Of a stretch of DNA of 64,000 nucleotides, positions 1 to 8,996 are shown piece after piece. Source of the stretch: Oscillospiraceae bacterium (GTDB lineage: Bacteria > Bacillota > Clostridia > Oscillospirales > Oscillospiraceae); the NCBI GenBank assembly GCA_022793685.1, contig JAAWDI010000027.1, positions 11,748-75,747 on the forward strand. Direction: 5' to 3'. Position 1 is the first letter of the stretch. Each line of letters starts with the position of its first letter. The notes under the pieces were generated by a model, which had not been told where the DNA came from, searched no databases, and saw only the letters and a program-made list of their open reading frames with translations. The translations under genes were made by a program, and so were the position numbers.

Positions 1-575
1 TTCGCCCGCAGGGTGCGCTCGGAAAGCGCGCCCTCGGCGTACATACACTTATAGCGCAGCAAATCTGCGTGTGGATGGAGCGGGTCATATTCCCGCGGCG
101 GGTTCTTCAGGGCGGTACCCTTCAAAACAAAATTTCGCCGGAAGTCCGGCTCGTCCAAGATTACCTTCAGCTCATCCCCGTGCCACGCGATATGTTCCCG
201 CAGAAGTCCGGTCAGCTCCCGAACGGAGTCCACGCTGATGCCCGCTCCCAAAAAGGATTTGCCACCGGGCGCGATGCAAATGTAATACCCGATTGGGAAA
301 GGCTGCTTCCCCTTGGGGCCGATATGCGCCCGAAAAGATGGATTATACGGCGTGGGCTGGTTTGGGATGCGCATGTCCCGCGGGATGCGGTACATCAGGT
401 CTTTCGGGTTGTGAAAAAGCACCCGCTCGTCAAATTTTCCGATTTCAAAAATCAGTTCCTGCACCAGTGCAAGGAACGCGGCCGTCGCCTCCTTGCGCTC
501 CTCTGCGTGGGCGTGGTACCATGTGCGCTCGTTGTTGGCTTCCAATTCAGCCAGATATTGCAGCATTTCATCCAT
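1..575 (-). CDS. DUF2461 (TIGR02453-like) family protein, C-terminus cut by window edge
   Basis: Minus-strand frame is open from ATG (573-575, SD aaaaaggag upstream) to base 1. Translation MDEMLQYLAELEANNERTWYHAH...YRIPRDMRIPNQPTPYNPSF...GYYICIAPGGKSFLGAG fits the DUF2461 pattern. Absent from the ORF track because no stop lies in the window. Confidence 0.7.
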   Translation of the reverse strand, partial: MDEMLQYLAELEANNERTWYHAHAEERKEATAAFLALVQELIFEIGKFDERVLFHNPKDLMYRIPRDMRIPNQPTPYNPSFRAHIGPKGKQPFPIGYYICIAPGGKSFLGAGISVDSVRELTGLLREHIAWHGDELKVILDEPDFRRNFVLKGTALKNPPREYDPLHPHADLLRYKCMYAEGALSERTLRA

Positions 576-760
576 ATCGTTCCGCTTCGCTCCTTTTTAC
601 AGGGGCAGTATAGCACATTTCCCCTCTTTTGTCACCTATTCTCCACCGAAAACGGGCCTATAATTCGCCTTTTTCCCTTGAAAAAAGCCACTGATTATTA
701 TAAGATATTTGTCACGAGAAAGACGAGGGCGACCTTCCGCCCCGGTTTGAGGTGTTACCC

Positions 761-3697
761 ATGAGCTTACGCATCGGCATCGACATCGGCTCCACCACCG
801 TCAAGGTCGTGGTGCTGAACGAGAATGACAAGCTGCTGTTCCGCTCCTATGAGCGGCATTACTCCAAAGCGCGGGAGCGGGCCTGCGAAACCCTCTCCTC
901 CATCCGCGATATGCTGGCCGGAAAAGACGTGAAGCTGGTCATTACCGGCTCCGCCGGACTGGGCGTGGCCAAGGCCGCGGGCGTTGACTTTGTGCAAGAG
1001 GTGTACGCCACCGCCGCCGCTGTCAACCGCTTCATTCCAAGCACCGATGCTGTCATTGAACTGGGCGGCGAGGACGCCAAAATCATCTTCTTCGGCGGCG
1101 CGCTGGAGGAGCGCATGAACGGCTCCTGTGCCGGCGGAACCGGCGCGTTCATCGACCAGATGGCCACCCTCATGAACGTCACCGCCGATGAGCTTGACAA
1201 GCTCTCCCTCCAACACACGAAAATTTATCCCATCGCCTCCCGCTGCGGTGTGTTCGCTAAAAGCGACATCCAGCCCATCCTAAACCAAGGGGGACGCAAG
1301 GAGGACGTGGCGGCTTCCATTTTTCAGGCAGTGGTCGACCAGACTGTGGCCGGCCTGACTCAAGGTCGTGAGTTGAAAGGAAAAATCGTCTTTTTGGGCG
1401 GCCCCCTCCACTTCCTGTACGGCCTGCGCCAGCGCTTTGTGGAAACCCTCAAGCTGGACGGCGACCACGCCATTTTCCCCGAGGACGGCGACTGCTTCGC
1501 CGCCATCGGCGCGGCGCTTTGCTCAGAGGATTATGAAGAAGCGCCCTTTGACGCGCTTTACAAAAAGCTGGAACAGTCGGTGGACAACACCAGCGTGGTG
1601 GACACCATGCCCCCCCTCTTCGACAACGAGGGGGAGTATGAGGCTTTCCTCACCCGCCATAACGCCAAGCATCCACCGGAGGTGGACGCGCAAACCTATA
1701 CCGGCGACGCCTATCTGGGCATCGATGCAGGCTCTACCACCACCAAAATGGCCCTTATCACTCCGGAGGGCGGCCTGCTTTATACTTACTACCACTCCAA
1801 TGAGGGCAACCCGGTTGCCATTGTGCTGGAACAGTTGAAAGCCATCTATCAGATGTGCCGTGGACGCATCACTATTAAGGGTACAGCCGTCACCGGCTAT
1901 GGCGAGGACCTCATCAAAAACGCCTTTTCCTGCGACCTCGGTCTGGTGGAAACGGTGGCGCATTACAACGCCGCCGCCCACTTCGAGCCTGACGTGGACT
2001 TCATCATCGACATCGGCGGGCAGGACATGAAGTGCTTCAAAATTCGCGGCGGCGCGGTGGACTCCATCATGCTCAATGAGGCGTGCTCCTCCGGCTGCGG
2101 TTCTTTTATCGAGACCTTCGCCAAGGCGCTGGGCTATGACATCGCCTCCTTCTCCAAGCTGGGGCTGTTCACCCAAAAGCCGGTGAACCTCGGCTCCCGT
2201 TGCACCGTGTTTATGAACTCCTCCGTCAAGCAGGCCCAGAAGGACGGCGCAACAGTGGCGGACATCTCCGCCGGACTGTCCATCTCCATCGTAAAGAACG
2301 CAATCTACAAGGTCATTCGAGCCGCTTCGGCAGACGATTTGGGACAGCACATCGTGGTGCAGGGCGGCACCTTCCTTAACGACGCCGTCCTCCGCGCCTT
2401 TGAACAGGAGCTTGATAAAAATGTGACCCGTCCCACCATCTCCGGTCTGATGGGTGCATTCGGCGCGGCGCTTGCCGCCCGGGACATGGGACTGGAGCAG
2501 AGCTCCCTTCTCAGCGAGGAGGCGCTGGCGTCCTTCTCCCACACCGCCAAGCCGGTCACCTGCGGCCTGTGCACCAATCATTGCTCCCTCACCATCAACC
2601 AGTTTGACGGCGGGCGAAAGTTTATCTCAGGTAACCGCTGCTCCCGTCCGCTGGGCAAGGAAAAGGTGGAAAACCCCGACCTGATGAAGTATAAGTATGA
2701 CCGCCTGCGCGCCCTCCATGGCACAGGCGGCGGCAACGGCAGCCGCGGACGCATCGGTATCCCCTTTGGATTGAATATGTATGAGAACCTGCCCTTCTGG
2801 TTTGGTTTCTTCACCCGCCTGAACTTCGAGGTGGTGCTCTCCCCCGAATCTTCCCGCAGCCTGTATATCAAGGGTCAGCACACCATTCCCTCCGACACGG
2901 TGTGCTACCCCGCCAAGCTGCTCCACGGCCACGTGGAGGCGCTGGTGGAGGACGGCGTGGACGCCATCTGGTACCCCTGTATGTCCTACAACAACGACGA
3001 GGGCATCGGAGACAACCACTTCAACTGTCCGGTGGTGGCCTATTATCCTGAGCTGCTGGCCGCCAACGTCCCGGTGCTGAAGCAGACCAAATTCCTCGAC
3101 CCCTATGTGGGCCTATGGCGGCGGAAGGACTGCGAAAAACGCCTTGCCGCCATGATGGAGGCGGAGTTCGGCGTGCCGAAAAAGGAAACTGTTTCTGCGG
3201 TTCGGGCGGCCTATGGGGATTATGATTCCTATGTGGCGGACGTCCGTTCCACCGGCGCAGAGTATATCCGCTATGCCCGTGAGCATAAGATGCCCATCAT
3301 CGTGGTGTGCGGCCGCCCCTACCACATCGACCCGGAAATCAACCACGGCATCAACGACCTCATCACCTCCTTCGGCTTCGTGCTGGTCACTGAGGACGCC
3401 CTCTCCTATTTGGAGGGTTACGAGGCCCGCACGGTTTTGAACCAGTGGACGTTCCAGAGCCGAATGTATAACGCCGCCCGGTACGTCTGCACCCAGCCCG
3501 ATATGCAGGTGGTGCAGCTTGTCAGCTTCGGCTGCGGCACCGACGCCATCACCACCGACGAGATGCGCTCTATCTTGGAGGACGGCGGTAAGCTGTACAC
3601 CCAGTTAAAGATTGACGACATTAACAACCTTGGCGCGGTGAAAATCCGCATCCGCAGCCTGATGGCCGCCATGGACGCCCGCGCCGACAAGGAATAA
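761..3697 (+). CDS. Acyl-CoA-dehydratase-activase-related protein: two BadF/BadG/BcrA/BcrD ATPase domains, Cys-rich linker, HgdB/DUF2229-like module
   Basis: Two actin-fold ATPase starts (IGIDIGSTTVKVVVL and LGIDAGSTTTKMALI). Linker has CGLCTNHCSL...GNRCSRP. C-terminal half has DTVCYPAKLLHGH, NCPVVAYY and SFGCGTDA motifs. ATG 761 preferred over GTG 752 (gaggtg SD 6 nt upstream). Confidence 0.85.
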   Translation: MSLRIGIDIGSTTVKVVVLNENDKLLFRSYERHYSKARERACETLSSIRDMLAGKDVKLVITGSAGLGVAKAAGVDFVQEVYATAAAVNRFIPSTDAVIELGGEDAKIIFFGGALEERMNGSCAGGTGAFIDQMATLMNVTADELDKLSLQHTKIYPIASRCGVFAKSDIQPILNQGGRKEDVAASIFQAVVDQTVAGLTQGRELKGKIVFLGGPLHFLYGLRQRFVETLKLDGDHAIFPEDGDCFAAIGAALCSEDYEEAPFDALYKKLEQSVDNTSVVDTMPPLFDNEGEYEAFLTRHNAKHPPEVDAQTYTGDAYLGIDAGSTTTKMALITPEGGLLYTYYHSNEGNPVAIVLEQLKAIYQMCRGRITIKGTAVTGYGEDLIKNAFSCDLGLVETVAHYNAAAHFEPDVDFIIDIGGQDMKCFKIRGGAVDSIMLNEACSSGCGSFIETFAKALGYDIASFSKLGLFTQKPVNLGSRCTVFMNSSVKQAQKDGATVADISAGLSISIVKNAIYKVIRAASADDLGQHIVVQGGTFLNDAVLRAFEQELDKNVTRPTISGLMGAFGAALAARDMGLEQSSLLSEEALASFSHTAKPVTCGLCTNHCSLTINQFDGGRKFISGNRCSRPLGKEKVENPDLMKYKYDRLRALHGTGGGNGSRGRIGIPFGLNMYENLPFWFGFFTRLNFEVVLSPESSRSLYIKGQHTIPSDTVCYPAKLLHGHVEALVEDGVDAIWYPCMSYNNDEGIGDNHFNCPVVAYYPELLAANVPVLKQTKFLDPYVGLWRRKDCEKRLAAMMEAEFGVPKKETVSAVRAAYGDYDSYVADVRSTGAEYIRYAREHKMPIIVVCGRPYHIDPEINHGINDLITSFGFVLVTEDALSYLEGYEARTVLNQWTFQSRMYNAARYVCTQPDMQVVQLVSFGCGTDAITTDEMRSILEDGGKLYTQLKIDDINNLGAVKIRIRSLMAAMDARADKE

Positions 3698-3824
3698 CGT
3701 TTTGTAGGGCTCGCCTTTTAAGGCGCTCTCTTGAACATGCTCTGGGCAACTGAATTGCCCCTGCGGAACTGCTCCGAATTTGACGTGCCGCTCGGCGCGA
3801 ACGCATACGGAAAGGAACCTTCCT

Positions 3825-5141
3825 ATGGCTAAACTGGAATACGACAACACAGGCCGCCTTTTATTTACCAAGGAGATGAAAGAGGAGTACACCCTTCTCA
3901 TTCCCCAGATGCTGCCCGACCACTTCGCTATGCTGGTGCGCATTCTCCAGACCGAGGGCTACAAGGCCGAAATGCTGGGCAACACCGGCCGGGGCGTTAT
4001 CGACAACGGGCAGAAATACGTCCACAACGACGCCTGCTTCCCTGCCATTCTGGTCATCGGCCAGCTCATCGACGCGGTGAAAAGCGGGAAGTACGACCCC
4101 CACAAGGTGGCGCTGGTCATCACCCAGACCGGCGGCGGCTGCCGGGCCTCCAACTATATCCACATGCTCCGCAAGGCGCTGGTGAAGGCAGGGTTGGAGT
4201 TTGTGCCCGTCATCTCGGTCAACCTGTCCGGCCTGGAAAAGAACCCCGGCTTCAAGCTCTCCCTTGGCTTCATCCGCAAGGCGGTGTTCGCCGTCATTTA
4301 CGGCGACCTTATCATGAACGTGGCCAACCAGGTACGGCCCTATGAGGTCAACCCCGGCGACGCCGACGCCGCCACCGCCGACTGCATGGACTTCCTGCTC
4401 TCCGATATGGGCGCGGGCAAGGGCATGACCTTCAAAAGCATGGAGAAAAACTTCGACCGCATCATTGACCGCTTTAAGGCCGTTCCCGTCACCGGCGAAG
4501 AAAAGGTGCGGGTCGGCGTGGTGGGCGAGATTTACGTCAAATATGCCCCGCTCGGCAACAACAACCTGAACGAGTTCCTGCTCTCTGAAGGAGCTGAGCC
4601 GGTGGTGCCCGGCCTTGTGGACTTCGTCATCTTCAAGATATACAACCGTGAGGTAGATGTGGACATCTACGGCGGCAAGTGGGTCAAGCGGGCCTTCTGC
4701 CACTTCTTCGGGAACTACGTCAAAAAGTACCAGCGGGCCATGATTGCCGCCCTGAAGCGTTCCGGACGGTTCCGCGCCCCCGGCGACTTTGACGAGCTGC
4801 ACGGCTATATCAAGGGCTATCTGGGCGACGGCAACAAGATGGGCGAGGGCTGGCTGCTCACCGCCGAGATGCTGGAGCTGATTCACACCGGCGTGCCCAA
4901 CATTGTCTGCACCCAACCCTTCGGCTGCCTGCCCAACCATATCGTGGGCAAGGGTATGATTCGCAAGCTGAAGGACGACTACCCCGGCAGTAACATTGTG
5001 GCCATTGATTATGACCCGGGCGCTACTAAAATCAATCAAGAGAACCGCATCAAGCTGATGCTGGCTAATGCCCGTGCCATCGCCAAACAGGAGCGGCAGG
5101 AAACATCTGCACCGGCGGTTGAAGAAACCGTTAAAGTATAA
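3825..5141 (+). CDS. 2-hydroxyacyl-CoA dehydratase-like (DUF2229) partner subunit
   Basis: MAKLEYDNTGRLLFTKE... with NDACFPAILVIGQ, QTGGGCRASNY and CTQPFGCLPNH motifs. Start moved to ATG 3825 after the SD ggaaaggaa. Confidence 0.8.
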   Translation: MAKLEYDNTGRLLFTKEMKEEYTLLIPQMLPDHFAMLVRILQTEGYKAEMLGNTGRGVIDNGQKYVHNDACFPAILVIGQLIDAVKSGKYDPHKVALVITQTGGGCRASNYIHMLRKALVKAGLEFVPVISVNLSGLEKNPGFKLSLGFIRKAVFAVIYGDLIMNVANQVRPYEVNPGDADAATADCMDFLLSDMGAGKGMTFKSMEKNFDRIIDRFKAVPVTGEEKVRVGVVGEIYVKYAPLGNNNLNEFLLSEGAEPVVPGLVDFVIFKIYNREVDVDIYGGKWVKRAFCHFFGNYVKKYQRAMIAALKRSGRFRAPGDFDELHGYIKGYLGDGNKMGEGWLLTAEMLELIHTGVPNIVCTQPFGCLPNHIVGKGMIRKLKDDYPGSNIVAIDYDPGATKINQENRIKLMLANARAIAKQERQETSAPAVEETVKV

Positions 5142-5163
5142 CAATCTGCTTCCAATATAAAAA

Positions 5164-5197
5164 CCGTCCCCGATAGACAGTCGGGGGACGGTTTTTT
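5164..5197. terminator. Rho-independent terminator (bidirectional position)
   Basis: Hairpin ccgtccccgatagacagtcgggggacgg followed by tttttt, between convergent genes. Confidence 0.8.
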
Positions 5198-5199
5198 GC

Positions 5200-5535
5200 T
5201 TATAACACCAGAGAAAGCTTATTGAAGTTGCACTCCCTCGTCTTTTTCATAATGAGGAACCAATCAACGATTGTCAGAATAAAAATCCAACAGAATAGAA
5301 TTTTCACAATTCCATATCCGATGTTGCCCAGCATGAAGCGGCTAATACCAACCCAGCCTAAAAACAACGAAATAATCAACAGGACAGTGGGACTTTTCAG
5401 TTCAGTTGAAATCACCAATTCAAACTTTGCGTCATCTGCCCCTTTCAGCTTTTCTTTCAAATATGGGATTTTTTCCGCGGGGAAATATTGGCTGTTTGCC
5501 ATAATGTACGAATCTACCTTTGCCATATCTGCCAT
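5200..5535 (-). CDS. TM2 domain-containing membrane protein
   Basis: Low-GC ORF. Two TM helices with the LGWVGISRFMLGNIGYGIVK pattern typical of TM2 domains. Start at ATG 5535 behind aggagg. Confidence 0.7.
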   Translation of the reverse strand: MADMAKVDSYIMANSQYFPAEKIPYLKEKLKGADDAKFELVISTELKSPTVLLIISLFLGWVGISRFMLGNIGYGIVKILFCWIFILTIVDWFLIMKKTRECNFNKLSLVL

Positions 5536-5654
5536 TTTTAACACCTCCTTTTTGTTTTCGTCAATATTTTACACTAAATTAGGTGTATTGTCAACACGCT
5601 ACATCAAGTGTATGGAAAGATAGGCTCCGAAGTAATCATAAGGGGTCGTTGACG

Positions 5655-5870
5655 TTGAAAGAATATTATGAGATACTGAGGGAGTTGCGTGAAGACCACG
5701 ATTACACGCAAGGCGAAATCGCCAAAATACTCGGCACCACACAGCAGGTCTATTCCCGCTATGAGCTGGGAATCAACGAGATGCCAGTACGTCACCTGCG
5801 CACGCTGTGCCAGTTTTACAAGGTGCGCTCGGATTACGTTTTAAGCTTGGGAAACGAGGGAAAACCATGA
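5655..5870 (+). CDS. XRE-family helix-turn-helix transcriptional regulator (small)
   Basis: LRELREDHDYTQGEIAKILGTTQQVYSRYELGINEMPVRHLRTLCQFYKV is a classic HTH_3 pattern. Start is uncertain (TTG 5655 after aagggg; the track start 5583 is less likely). Confidence 0.75.
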   Translation: MKEYYEILRELREDHDYTQGEIAKILGTTQQVYSRYELGINEMPVRHLRTLCQFYKVRSDYVLSLGNEGKP

Positions 5871-6427
5871 GCGAGCAGCTTCATTTTGTAGACGCCGCCA
5901 CAGAAGAACATTTTACCGCCATGTCTCTCATCCACGCCCTTGGCTGGCGGGACACTTACCGCGACGCTGTCCCCGCCGAATACATGGCGCGGGAAATCAC
6001 CGACGGCCGGTGGATTTCCGCGTTTCGGGAAAATTACCGGACAGGCGCCTGCCACGGCCTGCTCCTCTACCGGGACAGCACCCCCGTGGCCTGCATCAAC
6101 TATTGCCAAGCCCGCACCACCAACTACAACACAGAGGACGTTTGCACCTTTGACAACCGCGGTTATGAGGACTGGGGCGAAATCGCTTCCTTTTACACTC
6201 ACCCTAACGAGCGGAGCAAGGGTTACGGCGGCCTGCTTTTCGAGGAAGCCCTCCGGCGGCTCAAGGCGGACGGTTACGAGAACGCCTTCGTCTTTGTCCT
6301 GCGGGAAAATGAGAAGGCCCGGCGGTTTTACGCCGCCCACGGCTTCCAATGGGACGGCACATTCACGGAAATCCCCTTCCCGCCTGACGCGGTGTGCGTG
6401 GATTTGCGCTATGTGAAAAAGCTATAA
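5867..6427 (+). CDS. GNAT family N-acetyltransferase
   Basis: The acetyl-CoA-binding region SKGYGGLLFEEALRRLKADGYENAFVFVLRENEKARRFYAAHGF is present. ATG 5867 overlaps the XRE stop (ATGA). Confidence 0.85.
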   Translation: MSEQLHFVDAATEEHFTAMSLIHALGWRDTYRDAVPAEYMAREITDGRWISAFRENYRTGACHGLLLYRDSTPVACINYCQARTTNYNTEDVCTFDNRGYEDWGEIASFYTHPNERSKGYGGLLFEEALRRLKADGYENAFVFVLRENEKARRFYAAHGFQWDGTFTEIPFPPDAVCVDLRYVKKL

Positions 6428-6431
6428 AAAT

Positions 6432-6468
6432 GGGGCTGCGTCCAAAGCGGACGCAGCCCCTCTTTCAT
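6432..6468. terminator. Rho-independent terminator
   Basis: Hairpin ggggctgcgtccaaagcggacgcagcccc followed by a T-rich tail, between convergent genes. Confidence 0.75.
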
Positions 6469-6475
6469 TTATTGA

Positions 6476-7264
6476 TTACATCATTTTAACCGTGTGGTAC
6501 ACCAGCATGGCCACCAGCCAGGCCGCAAGTACAAACAGCAGGTAATAGGAAACAATGCTGCCCAGCACCATGCCTGCGGCCAGAGCCACACAGCCAACAG
6601 CACAGGAAATCATCAACACCACATAGTTGGTCTTGGCGGAAAACATCTGGATATTGCGGCCGCCCAGCTTCACCACACCCTTGTTGGAACGGGCCTTTGC
6701 CGCCAGCGCAAGACTGACCGCCGCCACCACGATTGTGACAGCCAGCAGGAGGCACAGCAACACCTTATGGTTTTCCATGCCCCCACGGCGCACAGCCCAC
6801 AGGCCGGTCACGCCCAGACCGCACACTAGCGCCGAAAGGAAGAATTCCCGCTGGTAGAGGTAGTAAATCAAAGCGAGCACCGCGATAACGGGCACCAGCA
6901 CATAAAGGAACTTGACGCCCGCGTCGTAAAACCGCCAGATGATAAAGGAACACAGCGCTACCACCAGAGAGAGGATGCAGCCCACCGCATACTTCCCGGC
7001 GTCCTGCCCCTTCTTGGCAAAGGTCATGCCCCGAATGGCAAACAGGGCCGCCGCAATTACGCCCACAAAAGGCACCACCTTGACGATATAGCTGATGGCC
7101 ACCATGATGGCCACGCCGCCGTCTGTGGGGTGCACGTCAACGTAGAAGCGGTTCACCAGAAACAGGATGCACTCCAGCACCACCGCCGAGATGAACCAGA
7201 CAAAAATCTTATTGATGACCGCGTCGTCCTTGCGGGGCTGCGTGGCCTTTTTCTCTTTCGCCAT
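6476..7264 (-). CDS. Polytopic membrane protein, function unknown
   Basis: About 8 hydrophobic helices and no recognisable family. ATG 7264 lies 8 nt after AAGGAG; the GTG 7273 given by the track sits inside that SD. Confidence 0.65.
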   Translation of the reverse strand: MAKEKKATQPRKDDAVINKIFVWFISAVVLECILFLVNRFYVDVHPTDGGVAIMVAISYIVKVVPFVGVIAAALFAIRGMTFAKKGQDAGKYAVGCILSLVVALCSFIIWRFYDAGVKFLYVLVPVIAVLALIYYLYQREFFLSALVCGLGVTGLWAVRRGGMENHKVLLCLLLAVTIVVAAVSLALAAKARSNKGVVKLGGRNIQMFSAKTNYVVLMISCAVGCVALAAGMVLGSIVSYYLLFVLAAWLVAMLVYHTVKMM

Positions 7265-7534
7265 GGGACTCACTCCTTATCGGCGCGCCGTTTTTCAGCC
7301 GCGCCGTCTCATCCGCCGCAGGGCATACCGCCCGCACAGCTTGTAATCAACACAGAAGCGTCATACGCTATCTTGTATTTTAGCAGAAAATTCCTCTCTT
7401 TGCAACAGCGAAAACAGAAACCCGTCCTTTCCCCTCCTCTTTCGCCGCCCTTTCTGCGGTTTTCACAAGAAAACCTTGTAAAAGACGGGCGGGTATGTTA
7501 AAAAGGAGAGAGTGATTTTGAAAGGAGCCGCCCC

Positions 7535-8575
7535 ATGAAAAAACAGCTTTTCTGCGTCCTGTGCGTTTTCTCTCTGCTGTTGTGCGCCGCCTGCGGCGCG
7601 CCCACCGTGGGGGACGTCGGCCCTTCCCAGAGCTTTTTTGCCATGGACACCATGATGACCATCACCCTCATGGACGGCACGGAGGACGACCTGACCGCCG
7701 CCGTGCAGGAGGTCAACGCTTTGGACGCCATGCTCTCCCGTTTTCAGGACGGCAGCCCCCTTGCGGAGGTAAACGCCGCCGCCGGAAGCGGCGTGCTGGT
7801 TCCGGTTCCTCAGGAGGTTGGCGAGGTGCTCACGGAGGCGCTGTCCGCCGCCAGGCGTTCCGGCGGCGCGTTCGACCCCACCATCGCGCCTGTTGCAGAC
7901 CTCTGGGGGCTGTCCGGCGATACCCCCACCGTTCCGAAGGACAGCGACCTTCAGGCCGTCCTCCCGCTGGTGGGCTATGAAAACGTTCTGCTGTCGGACG
8001 GCGGCATGCTCCTTTCAGAGCAGGGCATGGCCCTTGATTTGGGCGGCGTTGCCAAGGGTTATGCCGCCGGAAAAACCGCCGAGGTGCTGAAAAGCCGCGG
8101 TGTGTCCTCCGCGCTGCTGAACATCGGCGGCACCGTCACCGCCATGGGTGCAAAGCGGGACGGCAGCCCGTGGGCGGTCGCCGTCCGCGACCCATTGGAC
8201 GAAGATGGCTATCTGGGGCTGCTGACGCTGGGCGATGGGCAGACGGTCTCCACTTCTGGGGGATACGAGCGCTACTTTGAAGAGAATGGTACCCGCTATC
8301 ACCACATTTTAGACCCAAAAACCGGCTATCCCGCAGAAAAAGGCCTGCTTTCCGCAACCGTCGTTTCGGAAAATGCCGCCCTGACCGATGCTTTCTCCAC
8401 CGCCCTTTTTGTGCTGGGTGAGGAGAACGCCCTTGCCCTCTGGCGGGAAAGCGATGATTTTTCCTTTATCCTTGCCACCGAAGACGGCCGTGTGCTGGTC
8501 ACCGAAGATTTGGCGGACAGCTTCACCTTCTGGGGGGAGCAGCATGGTTACACCCTTGAGACCGTCCGCCGCTGA
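7535..8575 (+). CDS. apbE: FAD:protein FMN transferase (ApbE family), secreted/lipoprotein-like
   Basis: Signal peptide with LLLCAACG. Motifs FAMDTMMTITL, GGAFDPTIAP, LDLGGVAKGYA and TSGGYERYF...YHHILDPKTG are typical of ApbE. Confidence 0.9.
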   Translation: MKKQLFCVLCVFSLLLCAACGAPTVGDVGPSQSFFAMDTMMTITLMDGTEDDLTAAVQEVNALDAMLSRFQDGSPLAEVNAAAGSGVLVPVPQEVGEVLTEALSAARRSGGAFDPTIAPVADLWGLSGDTPTVPKDSDLQAVLPLVGYENVLLSDGGMLLSEQGMALDLGGVAKGYAAGKTAEVLKSRGVSSALLNIGGTVTAMGAKRDGSPWAVAVRDPLDEDGYLGLLTLGDGQTVSTSGGYERYFEENGTRYHHILDPKTGYPAEKGLLSATVVSENAALTDAFSTALFVLGEENALALWRESDDFSFILATEDGRVLVTEDLADSFTFWGEQHGYTLETVRR

Positions 8576-8957
8576 CCGCAGGCGGCCCACGCCGTGGGAC
8601 GCTCTGGCCGCCGTTTTGGTGCTGGCGTTGGCTGCAGTGTTGGCGCTTGCCCTTTTCCGGCCGCCTCATAACAGCGGGACTGTGCTCACCATCACCCAAG
8701 ACGGCGCTGAAGTCGCGCAGTATGACCTCTCCGCCCTCGACGGCCCTCTTGATGTGGAGGTGCTGGGGGACTACCCTCTCACTGTGACGCTATCGCCCGG
8801 CGGCGCGGCAGTGACCGCCCACACCTGCCCCGGCGGAGACTGCGCCCGCGCCTCCCTTACCGCCGGAAAACCGGGACAGCTTATCTGCCTCCCCAACCAT
8901 ACCATCATCACATTGGGCGGCCGTTCATCAGAGATATTTGACGCAGTAACCGGATAA
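8544..8957 (+). CDS. NusG domain II-containing protein (DUF1312)
   Basis: N-terminal TM helix, then ...TAHTCPGGDCARASLTAGKPGQLICLPNHTIITLGG, which matches the CPxxxC...G..I.CLPN signature. Start proposed at ATG 8544 (gggggag SD), overlapping the apbE end. Confidence 0.7.
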   Translation: MVTPLRPSAADRRRPTPWDALAAVLVLALAAVLALALFRPPHNSGTVLTITQDGAEVAQYDLSALDGPLDVEVLGDYPLTVTLSPGGAAVTAHTCPGGDCARASLTAGKPGQLICLPNHTIITLGGRSSEIFDAVTG

Positions 8958-8996
8958 AAGTTCCCTCCACCGCCACTTTTTTGAAAGGAGCCGCCC

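Noticed and set aside
69-764. 231-aa plus-strand ORF (and nested 293..613) at the start of the window
   Set aside because: It is antisense to a clearly recognisable DUF2461 gene on the minus strand. Its translation is Arg/Pro/Leu-rich nonsense, and it runs through the promoter region of the next gene.
3698-3824. GC-rich 127-bp spacer between the two activase-related genes as a possible ncRNA or repeat element
   Set aside because: Only short hairpins are present. It shows no similarity to the other GC-rich spacer at 55378-55492 and has no promoter or terminator. It is mentioned under the activase finding instead.
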